Program-made: the position numbers and the translations under genes
Notes under the pieces: generated by a model
The model's input: only the letters and a program-made list of their open reading frames with translations
The model's database searches: none
Told to the model about the DNA's origin: nothing
Origin: Synergistaceae bacterium
Lineage (GTDB): Bacteria > Synergistota > Synergistia > Synergistales > Synergistaceae
Length of the DNA: 64,000 bases
Assembly: GCA_036803945.1 (NCBI GenBank)
Contig: DAIRTK010000002.1
Location: forward strand, 14,854 to 78,853
Direction: 5' to 3'
Shown here: positions 30,262 to 39,342 of the stretch, in pieces
How the letters are laid out: each line of letters starts with the position of its first letter
Position numbering within the stretch: the first letter of the stretch is position 1

Positions 30262-31506
30262 TTACGCTACACGCTCAGCCAGTTTGTGAACTTCCAATAC
30301 AGAGGTGCTTCCCGCATGGTAGGCAAGTGTGGTCGGTGTCTCTCCGTCAAGGACAAGGAAGTCGGCCTGTTTTCCGGGCTCCAGGCTTCCGACCTTGTGG
30401 TGCCTGTTGATAGCATACGCCGCGTTCAGGGTCGATGCCGAAAGAGCTTCCTCGATAGTCATGTCCATGTTCATAACACCAAGACCGAATATGAAGGGTA
30501 CCGACTCGCAGAAGCATGATCCCGGGTTGCAGTCAGTGGCGAGCGCAACGGGTACTTCCCAGTCGATCATCTCCCTGCCTTTGGCATAGGGCTTTTTGAG
30601 GCTGTATGCTGTAGCAGGAAGAAGTACCGCGATAGATCCGGCCCTTCCCATTGCACGGAGGTTTTCCTCCCCTGCAGCGAGAAGATGCTCCGCCGACCTG
30701 ACTCCGAGCTCGGCGGCAAGGCCGGCTCCGCCAAGGTCGTGGACTTCATCGGCGTGTATCTTCATTTCAAATCCCAAAGCCTTTGCCGCCTTGAGTATCT
30801 TTCTGCTCTGGACGACCGAAAAGACGCCTTCCTCGCAGAATATATCGCAGAACTCCGCGATACCCTGCTCTTTGACCTTGGGCAGCATCTCGTTGATAAC
30901 AAGGTCAACAAAATCGTCGGGTCTCTCTTTGTATTCGGCTGGTACGGCATGCGCGCCCATGAACGTCGGAACTACGTCAAGGGGAGTCTCTCTCGATATC
31001 CTGCTTATGACAGAGAGCATCTTCATCTCCAGCTCAAGATCGAGTCCATAGCCGCTCTTTATCTCTATCGTAGTCGTTCCCTTTGCGAGGGCTGACATGG
31101 CAAGCTTTCTTGTAGCAGAGAAGAGTTCCTCTTCTGTCACTGATCTCACAGACTTAACGGACGAGAGTATACCGCCTCCGCGCCTGAGTATCTCAAGATA
31201 GGGGAGTCCGTCCAGCCTCATCTTGAACTCGTCTTCACGCCTCTTTGCAAAACAGAGATGGGTGTGAGGATCCACAAATCCTGGGATCAGACAGGCTCCT
31301 CCCATATCCCTCTCCTCGTTCACAGAGGCGGAAGAAATGCTTTTGAGGAGCTCGCCTTCGTCGCCTATCTTCTCTATCAGACCGTTGACGGCGAGGATCG
31401 CTCCTTTGCCGTACTCCCTGATCTCTCCCTGCTCTTTGCCCTTAAGGGGATGGCCGGGATCCAGGGGGGTAAATATTCTGGCGTTTCTGTAAAGTTTTAC
31501 GGTCAT
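30262..31506 (-). CDS. hutI: Imidazolonepropionase
   Basis: PGFVDPHTH, GGGI, EIKSGYG, GAHA, HADE and ATDCNPG motifs. Confidence 0.97.
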   Translation of the reverse strand: MTVKLYRNARIFTPLDPGHPLKGKEQGEIREYGKGAILAVNGLIEKIGDEGELLKSISSASVNEERDMGGACLIPGFVDPHTHLCFAKRREDEFKMRLDGLPYLEILRRGGGILSSVKSVRSVTEEELFSATRKLAMSALAKGTTTIEIKSGYGLDLELEMKMLSVISRISRETPLDVVPTFMGAHAVPAEYKERPDDFVDLVINEMLPKVKEQGIAEFCDIFCEEGVFSVVQSRKILKAAKALGFEMKIHADEVHDLGGAGLAAELGVRSAEHLLAAGEENLRAMGRAGSIAVLLPATAYSLKKPYAKGREMIDWEVPVALATDCNPGSCFCESVPFIFGLGVMNMDMTIEEALSASTLNAAYAINRHHKVGSLEPGKQADFLVLDGETPTTLAYHAGSTSVLEVHKLAERVA

Positions 31507-32426
31507 TCAGCCCTCTCTCCCATCAGTTCCAGAAGCTGAAGTTCCAGTACCTGTGCGGGATCGAAGTCGTTGATCTGCATATAGTAAGCAGCGCTTTCAA
31601 GTATCGCGTTGACGGGGATCATGCCGTAGACCTCTGTCTCTATTACCTGAACGCCCCATCTTTTTGCTTCCATCCTTATCATCTCAAGGACCCTGTAAAG
31701 AGAGTTTTTCTCGTAATCGACGAGATTCATGCTGACCTGGGTTATGCCGCGCTCCTCAAGTGCAAGCCCTATACCCTTCACATGGCAGAAGCCGCCCGAA
31801 GATGCCCTGACGGTGTTTGCGATCTTCTTTGCGATCTCAACATCAGCTGTGTCAAGGTTTACGTTGAAGGCTACAAGGAACTTGCGGGCGCCGATAACAG
31901 TTCCTCCCGCCGTGGGGTGGAGTCCGGGACCTCCTACGTCTGGCATCCTTTCCTCTTTGGTCTTCGCCTCTTCCTTAAGGACTTCGTACTGCCCCCTGCG
32001 TATTACCTCAAGGCGCTTCCTTTCGGGCCTCTTTGCGGCATCTTCATAGTAATAGACAGGAATGCCGCATTCTTTGAAATAACGTTCGCCGAAGCTGTGA
32101 GCCAGATCAATGCACTCTTCCATTGAGATCCCCTTTATTGGTGTGAAGGGGACTACATCCACCGCGCCTATCCTGGGATGTCCTCCCTGATGCGAATTCA
32201 TGTCAATACTTTCAAGTGCTACCCCGGCCGCTTCGATAAGGGCATCCTGTATGGGCAAAGGAGCACCCACCAGGCTTATTACAAGCCTGTTATGGTCTTC
32301 GTCAGCTCTGTGGTCAAGAAGGTAGACCCCTCTTTTGTCCTTGAAACAGTCAACGATCTTTTCGATAACTTCGGGACGCCTTCCTTCGCTGAAGTTCGGC
32401 ACACATTCGATCAGCTGCATTGCCAT
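31503..32426 (-). CDS. ftcd: Glutamate formimidoyltransferase
   Basis: ECVPNFSEGR, DHNR, HPRIGAVDVVPF, GARKFLVAFN and QVSMNL motifs. Confidence 0.96.
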   Translation of the reverse strand: MAMQLIECVPNFSEGRRPEVIEKIVDCFKDKRGVYLLDHRADEDHNRLVISLVGAPLPIQDALIEAAGVALESIDMNSHQGGHPRIGAVDVVPFTPIKGISMEECIDLAHSFGERYFKECGIPVYYYEDAAKRPERKRLEVIRRGQYEVLKEEAKTKEERMPDVGGPGLHPTAGGTVIGARKFLVAFNVNLDTADVEIAKKIANTVRASSGGFCHVKGIGLALEERGITQVSMNLVDYEKNSLYRVLEMIRMEAKRWGVQVIETEVYGMIPVNAILESAAYYMQINDFDPAQVLELQLLELMGERAE

Positions 32427-32460
32427 TCATATTCCTCCCTGCGTATGTTGAGGTATTTTA

Positions 32461-33993
32461 TTACTTCAGTTCTCCGATTTCTTTTTCAACCGCTTCAATT
32501 ATAGTGCCATCTTTCACGAGTTCAAGGGATTTAAGCATAAGGGGCTGCATATACTGATCCCTGGCATAAAATGGCACCTCTCTGCGGAATGCCTTATATG
32601 CTGCCGATGTTCCCCTGCCCGGTTTGAGCGGGGCCCTGAAGTCGATCCCCTGTGCGGCATTCAGCATCTCTATGGAAATGACACGATTTGCGTTGTTCAG
32701 CATGGTCAGCCCCTTCCTTGAACTGTATCCGCCCATTGAAACATGGTCTTCCTGGCCTGCGGATGTCGGGATGGAATCGACACATGAGGGATGGGCCAGG
32801 ACTTTGTTTTCAGAGACTATCGCGGCTGCAGTATACTGTGGAATCATGAACCCGCTGTTGACCCCGCTCTCGGCTACCAGGAAGGGCGGAAGGTCTGAGA
32901 GTTTGTGGTCGACCAGCCTGGCAACTCGCCTTTCAGAAATATTCGCCACCTCAGCAACAGCTATTCCGAAGAAATCCATAGCCATAGCGATCGGCTGCCC
33001 GTGGAAATTGCCTCCGCTTATTGCCTCTCCGTCCTCATGGAAGATGATCGGGTTGTCTGTGACGGAATTTATCTCAATATTTATCACATTTTCCACATAA
33101 GCCAGAGCGTCCCTGCTGGCCCCATGGACCTGCGGCAGGCAGCGAAGCGAATATGCATCCTGTACACGGTCCTTTTTATATGTCTCTATGATCTCACTCG
33201 CCTCTAAGAGCCTCCTCATGTTTTCTGCAACAACGCTCTGTCCCACCTGCGGACGGAGGTCATGGGTGCGCTTGTCGAACGCATAGGGTACCGCATGAAG
33301 CGCCTCAGCTGACAGCGCGGCGGCTATGTCTGCATTTTTCACAAGTTTTTGGGCATCATAGAGACACAAGGCAGCTATGCCTGTCATTACCGTCGTACCG
33401 TTGTTAAGGGCAAGCCCTTCCTTAGGCATCAGTTCCACAGGCTTCATTCCGGTAATGCTGAGAGCTTCTGCCGCAGGCATTTTTCTGCCTTTATAAACAA
33501 CGTCCCCAAGGCCGATCAAAGTGATGGCAAGGTGTGAAAGAGGACACAGATCTCCGCTTGCCCCGACAGATCCCTGTCTCGGTATTACAGGGTGTATGCC
33601 CATGTTAAGATAATTTACCAGCTGTGTCAGGGTCTGAAGGCTGATGCCCGAGTATCCTCTCGTAAGGGTGTTAATTCTCAGAAGCATTATTGCCCTCACA
33701 AAATCTTCCGGAAGAGCCTCTCCGAATCCGCATGCATGGCTCATAAGGAGGTTTTCCTGCAGCTGTCTGCTCTGATCCCTCGGGATGACCACTGAAGCAA
33801 GGTCTCCAAAGCCTGTGGTAACACCGTAGACTACGCGACCTTCGTTCACCCATTCTTTAACAGAGTCAGCGCATTCCGATATAAGTTTTTCAGCTTTGGA
33901 GTCGATCATGACATTGTATCCGTTTCTTGCAACATTGACGATGTCACCTATTGTCAAAGACCTGCCGTCCAGAACTATCGTATTCGAACTCAT
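32461..33993 (-). CDS. hutH: Histidine ammonia-lyase
   Basis: YGVTTGFG, GSVGASGDL (MIO), QDAYSLRC, GGNFHG and QEDHVSMG motifs. Confidence 0.97.
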   Translation of the reverse strand: MSSNTIVLDGRSLTIGDIVNVARNGYNVMIDSKAEKLISECADSVKEWVNEGRVVYGVTTGFGDLASVVIPRDQSRQLQENLLMSHACGFGEALPEDFVRAIMLLRINTLTRGYSGISLQTLTQLVNYLNMGIHPVIPRQGSVGASGDLCPLSHLAITLIGLGDVVYKGRKMPAAEALSITGMKPVELMPKEGLALNNGTTVMTGIAALCLYDAQKLVKNADIAAALSAEALHAVPYAFDKRTHDLRPQVGQSVVAENMRRLLEASEIIETYKKDRVQDAYSLRCLPQVHGASRDALAYVENVINIEINSVTDNPIIFHEDGEAISGGNFHGQPIAMAMDFFGIAVAEVANISERRVARLVDHKLSDLPPFLVAESGVNSGFMIPQYTAAAIVSENKVLAHPSCVDSIPTSAGQEDHVSMGGYSSRKGLTMLNNANRVISIEMLNAAQGIDFRAPLKPGRGTSAAYKAFRREVPFYARDQYMQPLMLKSLELVKDGTIIEAVEKEIGELK

Positions 33994-34143
33994 TGCAATA
34001 ATCCCCCTTCTGCTGTTTGAATATCATTACCCTTAGTCTCCGGTGCTATAATTATGATATTAAGATGAAACATTTTCCTGCTAGTTGTTTATCATATTTC
34101 ACAGCTTTAATACTTTCCATTCCTAAATCTTTGCGTTACAATT

Positions 34144-34171
34144 AGTATAGTACGATATTTTTCTTAGTCAA
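34144..34171 (-). promoter_or_regulatory. sigma70-type promoter for hutH-ftcd-hutI
   Basis: Minus strand TTGACT-N16-TATACT. Confidence 0.55.
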
Positions 34172-34181
34172 GAAAAATATC
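34154..34181. promoter_or_regulatory. Perfect palindrome, candidate hut operator
   Basis: GATATTTTTCTT-AGTC-AAGAAAAATATC (12-bp arms) between the divergent hut genes, overlapping the -35 above. Confidence 0.5.
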
Positions 34182-34221
34182 CGGCGAAATTACAAAACAG
34201 CAGAAACGGAGTTGACAAAAT

Positions 34222-36237
34222 ATGTTTGATCCAAAAACAGGTAAAGCAATCGAGATGTCGCTGGACTTTTCGGACGGACTTCCGCCAAAGGCGGAATTCG
34301 AGCCTGGGATCAGGAGAGCCCCCAACAGGGGACAGGTATTGAACGATAGGGAAACGGTACTTGCTCTTAAAAACGCGCTTCGTTACATTCCTGAGAAATA
34401 TCATAAAGAGATGGCAGCTGAATTCCTTGAGGAATACCGCGAGCACGGACGCATATACGGATATCGTTTCAGGCCGCAGGGACGTCTCTGGGGCAGGCCC
34501 ATCAATGAATACAGAGGCAAATGCATCGAAGGCAAGGCATTCCAGGTGATGATCGACAACAATCTCGACTTCGATGTTGCACTTTATCCCTACGAACTCG
34601 TCACATACGGCGAGACCGGACAGGTATGTCAGAACTGGATGCAGTACAGGCTGATAAAAAAATATCTTGAGATACTGACCCCCGACCAGACGCTGGTAAT
34701 ACAGTCCGGACACCCTCTCGGCCTTTTCAGGTCGGATCCTTCCGCACCCAGGGTTATCCTTACAAACGGACTGATGGTGGGCATTTTCGACAACCCCAGA
34801 GACTTCACAAGGGCATCAGCACTTGGAGTCGCAAACTACGGACAGATGACTGCGGGCGGATGGATGTACATCGGACCGCAGGGGATAGTCCACGGCACAT
34901 ACAACACTCTGCTGAACGCAGGAAGAAGCAAGTTCCACCTGCCGGAGGGCAAGGGGCTTGCGGGGCATCTTTTTGTCTCCTCAGGCCTTGGCGGCATGAG
35001 CGGAGCCCAGCCCAAGGCTGCCGAGATAGCAGGAGCCGCTTCCATAATCGCCGAGGTAGACCCATCACGCATAGAGACCAGGCACAGCCAGGGATGGGTA
35101 AGCAAAAAGACCGCCAATCTTCCCGAGGCTTTCAGATGGGCAAATGAAGCCATGGATGCAGGTGAACCGCTTTCAATAGCATATGAGGGCAATATCGTCG
35201 ACCTTCTCCAGTTCGCTCTCGACAACAACATCAAAATCGAACTGCTCTCAGACCAGACATCATGCCATGCCGTCTACGACGGCGGCTACTGCCCGCAGGG
35301 CATCTCCTTCGAAGAGAGGACCAGGCTCCTCGCAGAGGACAAGGAAGAATTCTGCAGGCTTGTGGACAAAACACTCAGGAAACACTATGAGCTTATAAAG
35401 GCACTGACAGAAAAGGGAACTTATTTCTTCGACTACGGCAACTCCTTCATGAGGGCTGTATTCGACGCCGGCGTAACGGAAATTGCAAAGAATGGCGTCG
35501 ATACATACGAAGGATTCGTATTCCCCTCATACGTGGAAGACATAATGGGACCTCTCCTCTTCGACTACGGCTACGGGCCGTTCCGCTGGTGCTGCCTCAG
35601 CCGCGATCCTGAAGACCTCAGGAAGACCGACCGCGCTGCGATGGAATGCATCGATCCGACCCGCAGGTTCCAGGATCACGACAACTGGGCATGGATAAGG
35701 GATGCTGAAAAGAACAGGCTCGTAGTCGGCACCCAGTGCAGGATACTCTACCAGGACGAAGAGGGAAGGGTCCGCATAGCACTTAAGTTCAACGAGATGG
35801 TCCGTACAGGGGAGATAGGCCCGGTAATGCTGGGGAGGGACCATCACGACGTATCGGGTACAGATTCACCCTACCGCGAAACTTCCAACATCAAGGACGG
35901 GAGCAACGTAATGGGTGAGATGGCGATCCACTGCTTCGCAGGGAACTGTGCCAGGGGAATGAGCCTCGCAGCTCTCCACAACGGCGGAGGGGTAGGCACA
36001 GGAAAGTCCATAAACGGAGGCTTCGGCCTCGTCCTTGACGGAAGTGAAAGGGTGGACAGCATAATCAAAGCTTCACTCAGCTGGGACGTCATAAGCGGGG
36101 TTGCGAGAAGGGCATGGGCAAGGAATGAAAATGCTCTTTCTACAGCGGAGGAGTTCAACCGCAGGAGGAGCGACGGACACATAACCGTTCCTTTCCTTGC
36201 TGACGAAGATCATTTGGAAAAACTTGTAAAAGGATAG
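34222..36237 (+). CDS. hutU: Urocanate hydratase (long, 671-aa form)
   Basis: YGQMTAG, YIGPQGIVHGT, GLGGMSGAQP, SDQTS, GRDH and HNGGGVG motifs. Confidence 0.97.
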   Translation: MFDPKTGKAIEMSLDFSDGLPPKAEFEPGIRRAPNRGQVLNDRETVLALKNALRYIPEKYHKEMAAEFLEEYREHGRIYGYRFRPQGRLWGRPINEYRGKCIEGKAFQVMIDNNLDFDVALYPYELVTYGETGQVCQNWMQYRLIKKYLEILTPDQTLVIQSGHPLGLFRSDPSAPRVILTNGLMVGIFDNPRDFTRASALGVANYGQMTAGGWMYIGPQGIVHGTYNTLLNAGRSKFHLPEGKGLAGHLFVSSGLGGMSGAQPKAAEIAGAASIIAEVDPSRIETRHSQGWVSKKTANLPEAFRWANEAMDAGEPLSIAYEGNIVDLLQFALDNNIKIELLSDQTSCHAVYDGGYCPQGISFEERTRLLAEDKEEFCRLVDKTLRKHYELIKALTEKGTYFFDYGNSFMRAVFDAGVTEIAKNGVDTYEGFVFPSYVEDIMGPLLFDYGYGPFRWCCLSRDPEDLRKTDRAAMECIDPTRRFQDHDNWAWIRDAEKNRLVVGTQCRILYQDEEGRVRIALKFNEMVRTGEIGPVMLGRDHHDVSGTDSPYRETSNIKDGSNVMGEMAIHCFAGNCARGMSLAALHNGGGVGTGKSINGGFGLVLDGSERVDSIIKASLSWDVISGVARRAWARNENALSTAEEFNRRRSDGHITVPFLADEDHLEKLVKG

Positions 36238-36251
36238 CAGGAGGGATCTTT

Positions 36252-36881
36252 ATGAAATTTGAAAAAATGGAAATACGCGCTTTTATCGATGAACTTGCCT
36301 CGGATTCCCCGGCCCCCGGAGGAGGCAGTGTCGCGGCTCTTTGCGCATCCATGGGAGCGGCTCTTGTCTCAATGGTGGCAAATCTCACCATAGGCAAGGA
36401 TAAGTACCGGGAAAGCTGGGAGATCATGGAAGATGTTGTCGGTAAAAGCGAATCCCTCAGATTCAAATTTGTCGACTTGATGAATAAGGATACGGAGTCT
36501 TTCAACGCATTCATGTCAGCCATGAAAATGCCCAAAGCCACAGAAGAGGAAAAGTGCATCAGGAAAAAGACGATGGGCGAGGCTTCCAAGCTTGCGACAG
36601 AAGTTCCCCTAATGACACTGGAAGCATGTGTTGAAGTAGCCGATCTGGCTTATCTGGCAGCCAAAAACGGCAACACCAACACGATAAGCGATGCAGGAAG
36701 CGCGGCACTTATAGCAGAGGCTGCGGGAAGGGCAGCAGCATACAACGTAAAGATCAATCTTCCCGGGGTTACAGATGAATCCTTTGCCGCAGATTTCAAG
36801 GCAAGGATGGATGAAGCTCTTATCCAGCTGAAGGTAAATACCGATAAAACCACCGATATACTTAACAAAGCACTTCAATAG
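36252..36881 (+). CDS. Formiminotetrahydrofolate cyclodeaminase / cyclohydrolase family protein
   Basis: LASDSPAPGGGS, MVANLT, GNTNTISDAG and NVKINL motifs (FTCD C-terminal family); hut context. Confidence 0.92.
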   Translation: MKFEKMEIRAFIDELASDSPAPGGGSVAALCASMGAALVSMVANLTIGKDKYRESWEIMEDVVGKSESLRFKFVDLMNKDTESFNAFMSAMKMPKATEEEKCIRKKTMGEASKLATEVPLMTLEACVEVADLAYLAAKNGNTNTISDAGSAALIAEAAGRAAAYNVKINLPGVTDESFAADFKARMDEALIQLKVNTDKTTDILNKALQ

Positions 36882-36892
36882 CACTTAGTGCA

Positions 36893-36948
36893 AAGAGAGA
36901 GAGGGACCGCGGGGATAAAACCGGATGCCCTCTCTCTTATTTTCTTTT
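36893..36948. terminator. Probable terminator between convergent genes
   Basis: AAGAGAGAG(AG)GG ... CCCTCTCTCTT stem followed by a T-rich tract. Confidence 0.55.
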
Positions 36949-36955
36949 ATTCGCC

Positions 36956-37384
36956 TTATTGTCTGTTTATAAATATAAGGCCTGCAATGCAGAGGACCAT
37001 TCCAATAATGTTGTTCAATGTCAAATGTTCCCTGTAGAAGAATACCCCGACCAGTACCAGGGCTCCCGCAAGGCATATATTTGCGATCAGGGAGCCGATG
37101 CTTATGTTCCAGCCGACCTTGTACATCATTATGAATCCAAGTTCAAGGCAGAGTATCGACACACCAAGAACAAGGCTGTTCCAGCTTATTCCTCTGACGT
37201 CTGCGGAGAAGTTTTTAAAGTGCCCGGTAAGGAAATATATCGCTAAACATGCAGCACCTGCAACAAAATAGGTCACGAGCAGCGAAAAATAGGGATCAGC
37301 TCCTCCTGAGATCGACTTTGAACAGATGTGGTAAAGTACATTTGAAAATACGATAAATCCTATCGGCCAGTAATAGCTCCACAT
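36956..37384 (-). CDS. Small DMT/EamA-like membrane transporter
   Basis: 142 aa with ~5 TM segments; C-terminal FFYREHLT..IIG pattern. Confidence 0.8.
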   Translation of the reverse strand: MWSYYWPIGFIVFSNVLYHICSKSISGGADPYFSLLVTYFVAGAACLAIYFLTGHFKNFSADVRGISWNSLVLGVSILCLELGFIMMYKVGWNISIGSLIANICLAGALVLVGVFFYREHLTLNNIIGMVLCIAGLIFINRQ

Positions 37385-37520
37385 TTTACCTTTCCCTCCG
37401 TGATCTTAACTGCGGCTGGAGGAATATTAAGCCAACAGCCGTGCCCGCATATCATATATCAGACCTTCTGCCTGGATCAACACTCTTGATTTTTCCCGGA
37501 ATCGGGGATCACCGGGAAAG

Positions 37521-37555
37521 GCAGGGATGATATCGTCCTGCGATATCATCCCTGC
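37521..37555. repeat. Perfect 15-bp inverted repeat
   Basis: GCAGGGATGATATCG-TCCTG-CGATATCATCCCTGC, between serA and the DMT gene. Confidence 0.8.
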
Positions 37556-37684
37556 GGAAGGCTTTCTCATTTTCAATTCTGCCAGAAAAAGCAAAGGCCG
37601 TTTCTCTTAACTTCCGGCCGGTCAACCGGGGCCTCAGCGAGGATATATTCTGATCCACGATTCAGGGCAATTAATGGATTTTGC

Positions 37685-39340
37685 CTATTCTGCCTCTGAA
37701 AAATCTATAAGGGTCAGCCAGAGCATATCTCCGCTTTTCTCAAGCTTTTTCTTTACCGGATCTTCTATATCGCTGTCAATTTCAAGGGCTCCCAGGGCAA
37801 GGCCGCTGTTGTCTTTGCGGCCAAGAGCGAAGTTGGCTATGTTTACCTTTGACTCACCCAGTATATTGCCAATTTTTCCGATAACGCCCGGCCTGTCGTG
37901 GTTCTGGAAGAGTATGATCTTTCCTTCCGGTACAAAATCAAGCCAGTAATCGTTTACCTTAACGATCCTCATGCGACCCTCTTCAGTAATTGTTCCGATA
38001 AGTGAGACGTTGCACTTTTCAGCTTCCAGCTTCACTTCAACAGTGTTTTTGTAGGTTTTTGCCTCTCCGAAGCCTTCATCTATGCCCATTCCGCTGTCTT
38101 TGGCAAGCAGGGGAGCGAGCATGTATGATACTTCCGGACCGCGGCTGACCTCAAAAAGGCCCTTAAGCACAGCTATGCTGTATGCGCAGAGCCTGTTCGG
38201 CATCGGCTCTTCCTCGTTGAAAAGATCTCCCCGCAGCATAATGTGGACCGCCTGCACGGCTCCGCACTCAGCCTCGGCAAGCTTCGCGCCCAGAACACCC
38301 ATCTTTCTTGAGAGCTGGAGATATGATTTCTGGTTTTTGTTAAGCTTCTGTTCAAGGAAGGGCAGGTTGACAGCGTGTTCGTAGGGTTCACCGCGAAGTG
38401 CTGCGATCATATTTGCTGCAGCTATCATTGCGACCTCTGTCTGTGCCTCTTCTGTGCTCGCACCGAGATGGGGGGTGATCACTATTTTGTCTTCAATGTC
38501 CTTTGCCAGGAAAGGGTGTCCTTCATTGAGCGGTTCTGAAGTATAAACATCAAATGCGATCCCGGAAAGCCGTCCTTCCCTTACAGCGTCAGCTGCAGCT
38601 TTCTCGTCGACTATCCCGCCTCTGGCACAGTTGATCAGATATGCTCCCTTTTTGAACGCACGGAGCATCTTTTCATCGATCATGTTTGCGGTGTCAGAGG
38701 TGAGAGGCATGTGAAGCGTCACTACATCCGCAACCGAGAGAGCGTCTGCAAGGTCTTCCCTTACGGGTATGCCCATTGATTCTGCCTTTTTCTTGGGCGT
38801 ATAGGGATCATATGCAAAAACATCCATGCCGAAGGCACGGCAGCGCTGTGCGACAGCGGCACCGATCCTGCCAAGGCCGAGGACTAGCACTTTTTTGCCG
38901 TTCAGCTGATGTCCGGAGAATCTTTTTCTGTCCCACTGGCCGCTCCTGAGTGAGCCGAAAGCCTGAGGCACTTTTCTGACGAGCGCAAGCATCAGGGCCA
39001 TGGTCAGCTCTGCCGCTGCCAGAGTGTTTCCGGTAGGGGCGTTTATAACAACCACTCCCTTGCGGCTGGCAACAGGTACATTTACGTTATCCACCCCTAC
39101 ACCGGCCCTGGCTACTACCTTAAGCTTTGTTGCGGCACAAAGCGCCTCTTCATCCATTTTTGTCCCGCTTCTGGTAAGCACCGCGTCCATTTCGGGAAGT
39201 TTTTTAAGAAGGTCTTCACGGCTCATGCCCACTTCTTCTATAAGCTCAATGTCAGGTGCTTCCCTAAGTATTTTAAGGCCGGCTTCGCCTACCGCTTCAG
39301 CTACAAGCACCTTCCACTTATTATTTTTTTGGTCAGCCAT
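37685..39340 (-). CDS. serA: D-3-phosphoglycerate dehydrogenase (type I, with C-terminal regulatory domains)
   Basis: RAGVGVDN, NAPTGN, GLGRIG, NCARGG and TPHLGAST motifs; C-terminal ACT DRPGVIG..NIA. Confidence 0.97.
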   Translation of the reverse strand: MADQKNNKWKVLVAEAVGEAGLKILREAPDIELIEEVGMSREDLLKKLPEMDAVLTRSGTKMDEEALCAATKLKVVARAGVGVDNVNVPVASRKGVVVINAPTGNTLAAAELTMALMLALVRKVPQAFGSLRSGQWDRKRFSGHQLNGKKVLVLGLGRIGAAVAQRCRAFGMDVFAYDPYTPKKKAESMGIPVREDLADALSVADVVTLHMPLTSDTANMIDEKMLRAFKKGAYLINCARGGIVDEKAAADAVREGRLSGIAFDVYTSEPLNEGHPFLAKDIEDKIVITPHLGASTEEAQTEVAMIAAANMIAALRGEPYEHAVNLPFLEQKLNKNQKSYLQLSRKMGVLGAKLAEAECGAVQAVHIMLRGDLFNEEEPMPNRLCAYSIAVLKGLFEVSRGPEVSYMLAPLLAKDSGMGIDEGFGEAKTYKNTVEVKLEAEKCNVSLIGTITEEGRMRIVKVNDYWLDFVPEGKIILFQNHDRPGVIGKIGNILGESKVNIANFALGRKDNSGLALGALEIDSDIEDPVKKKLEKSGDMLWLTLIDFSEAE

Positions 39341-39342
39341 TA

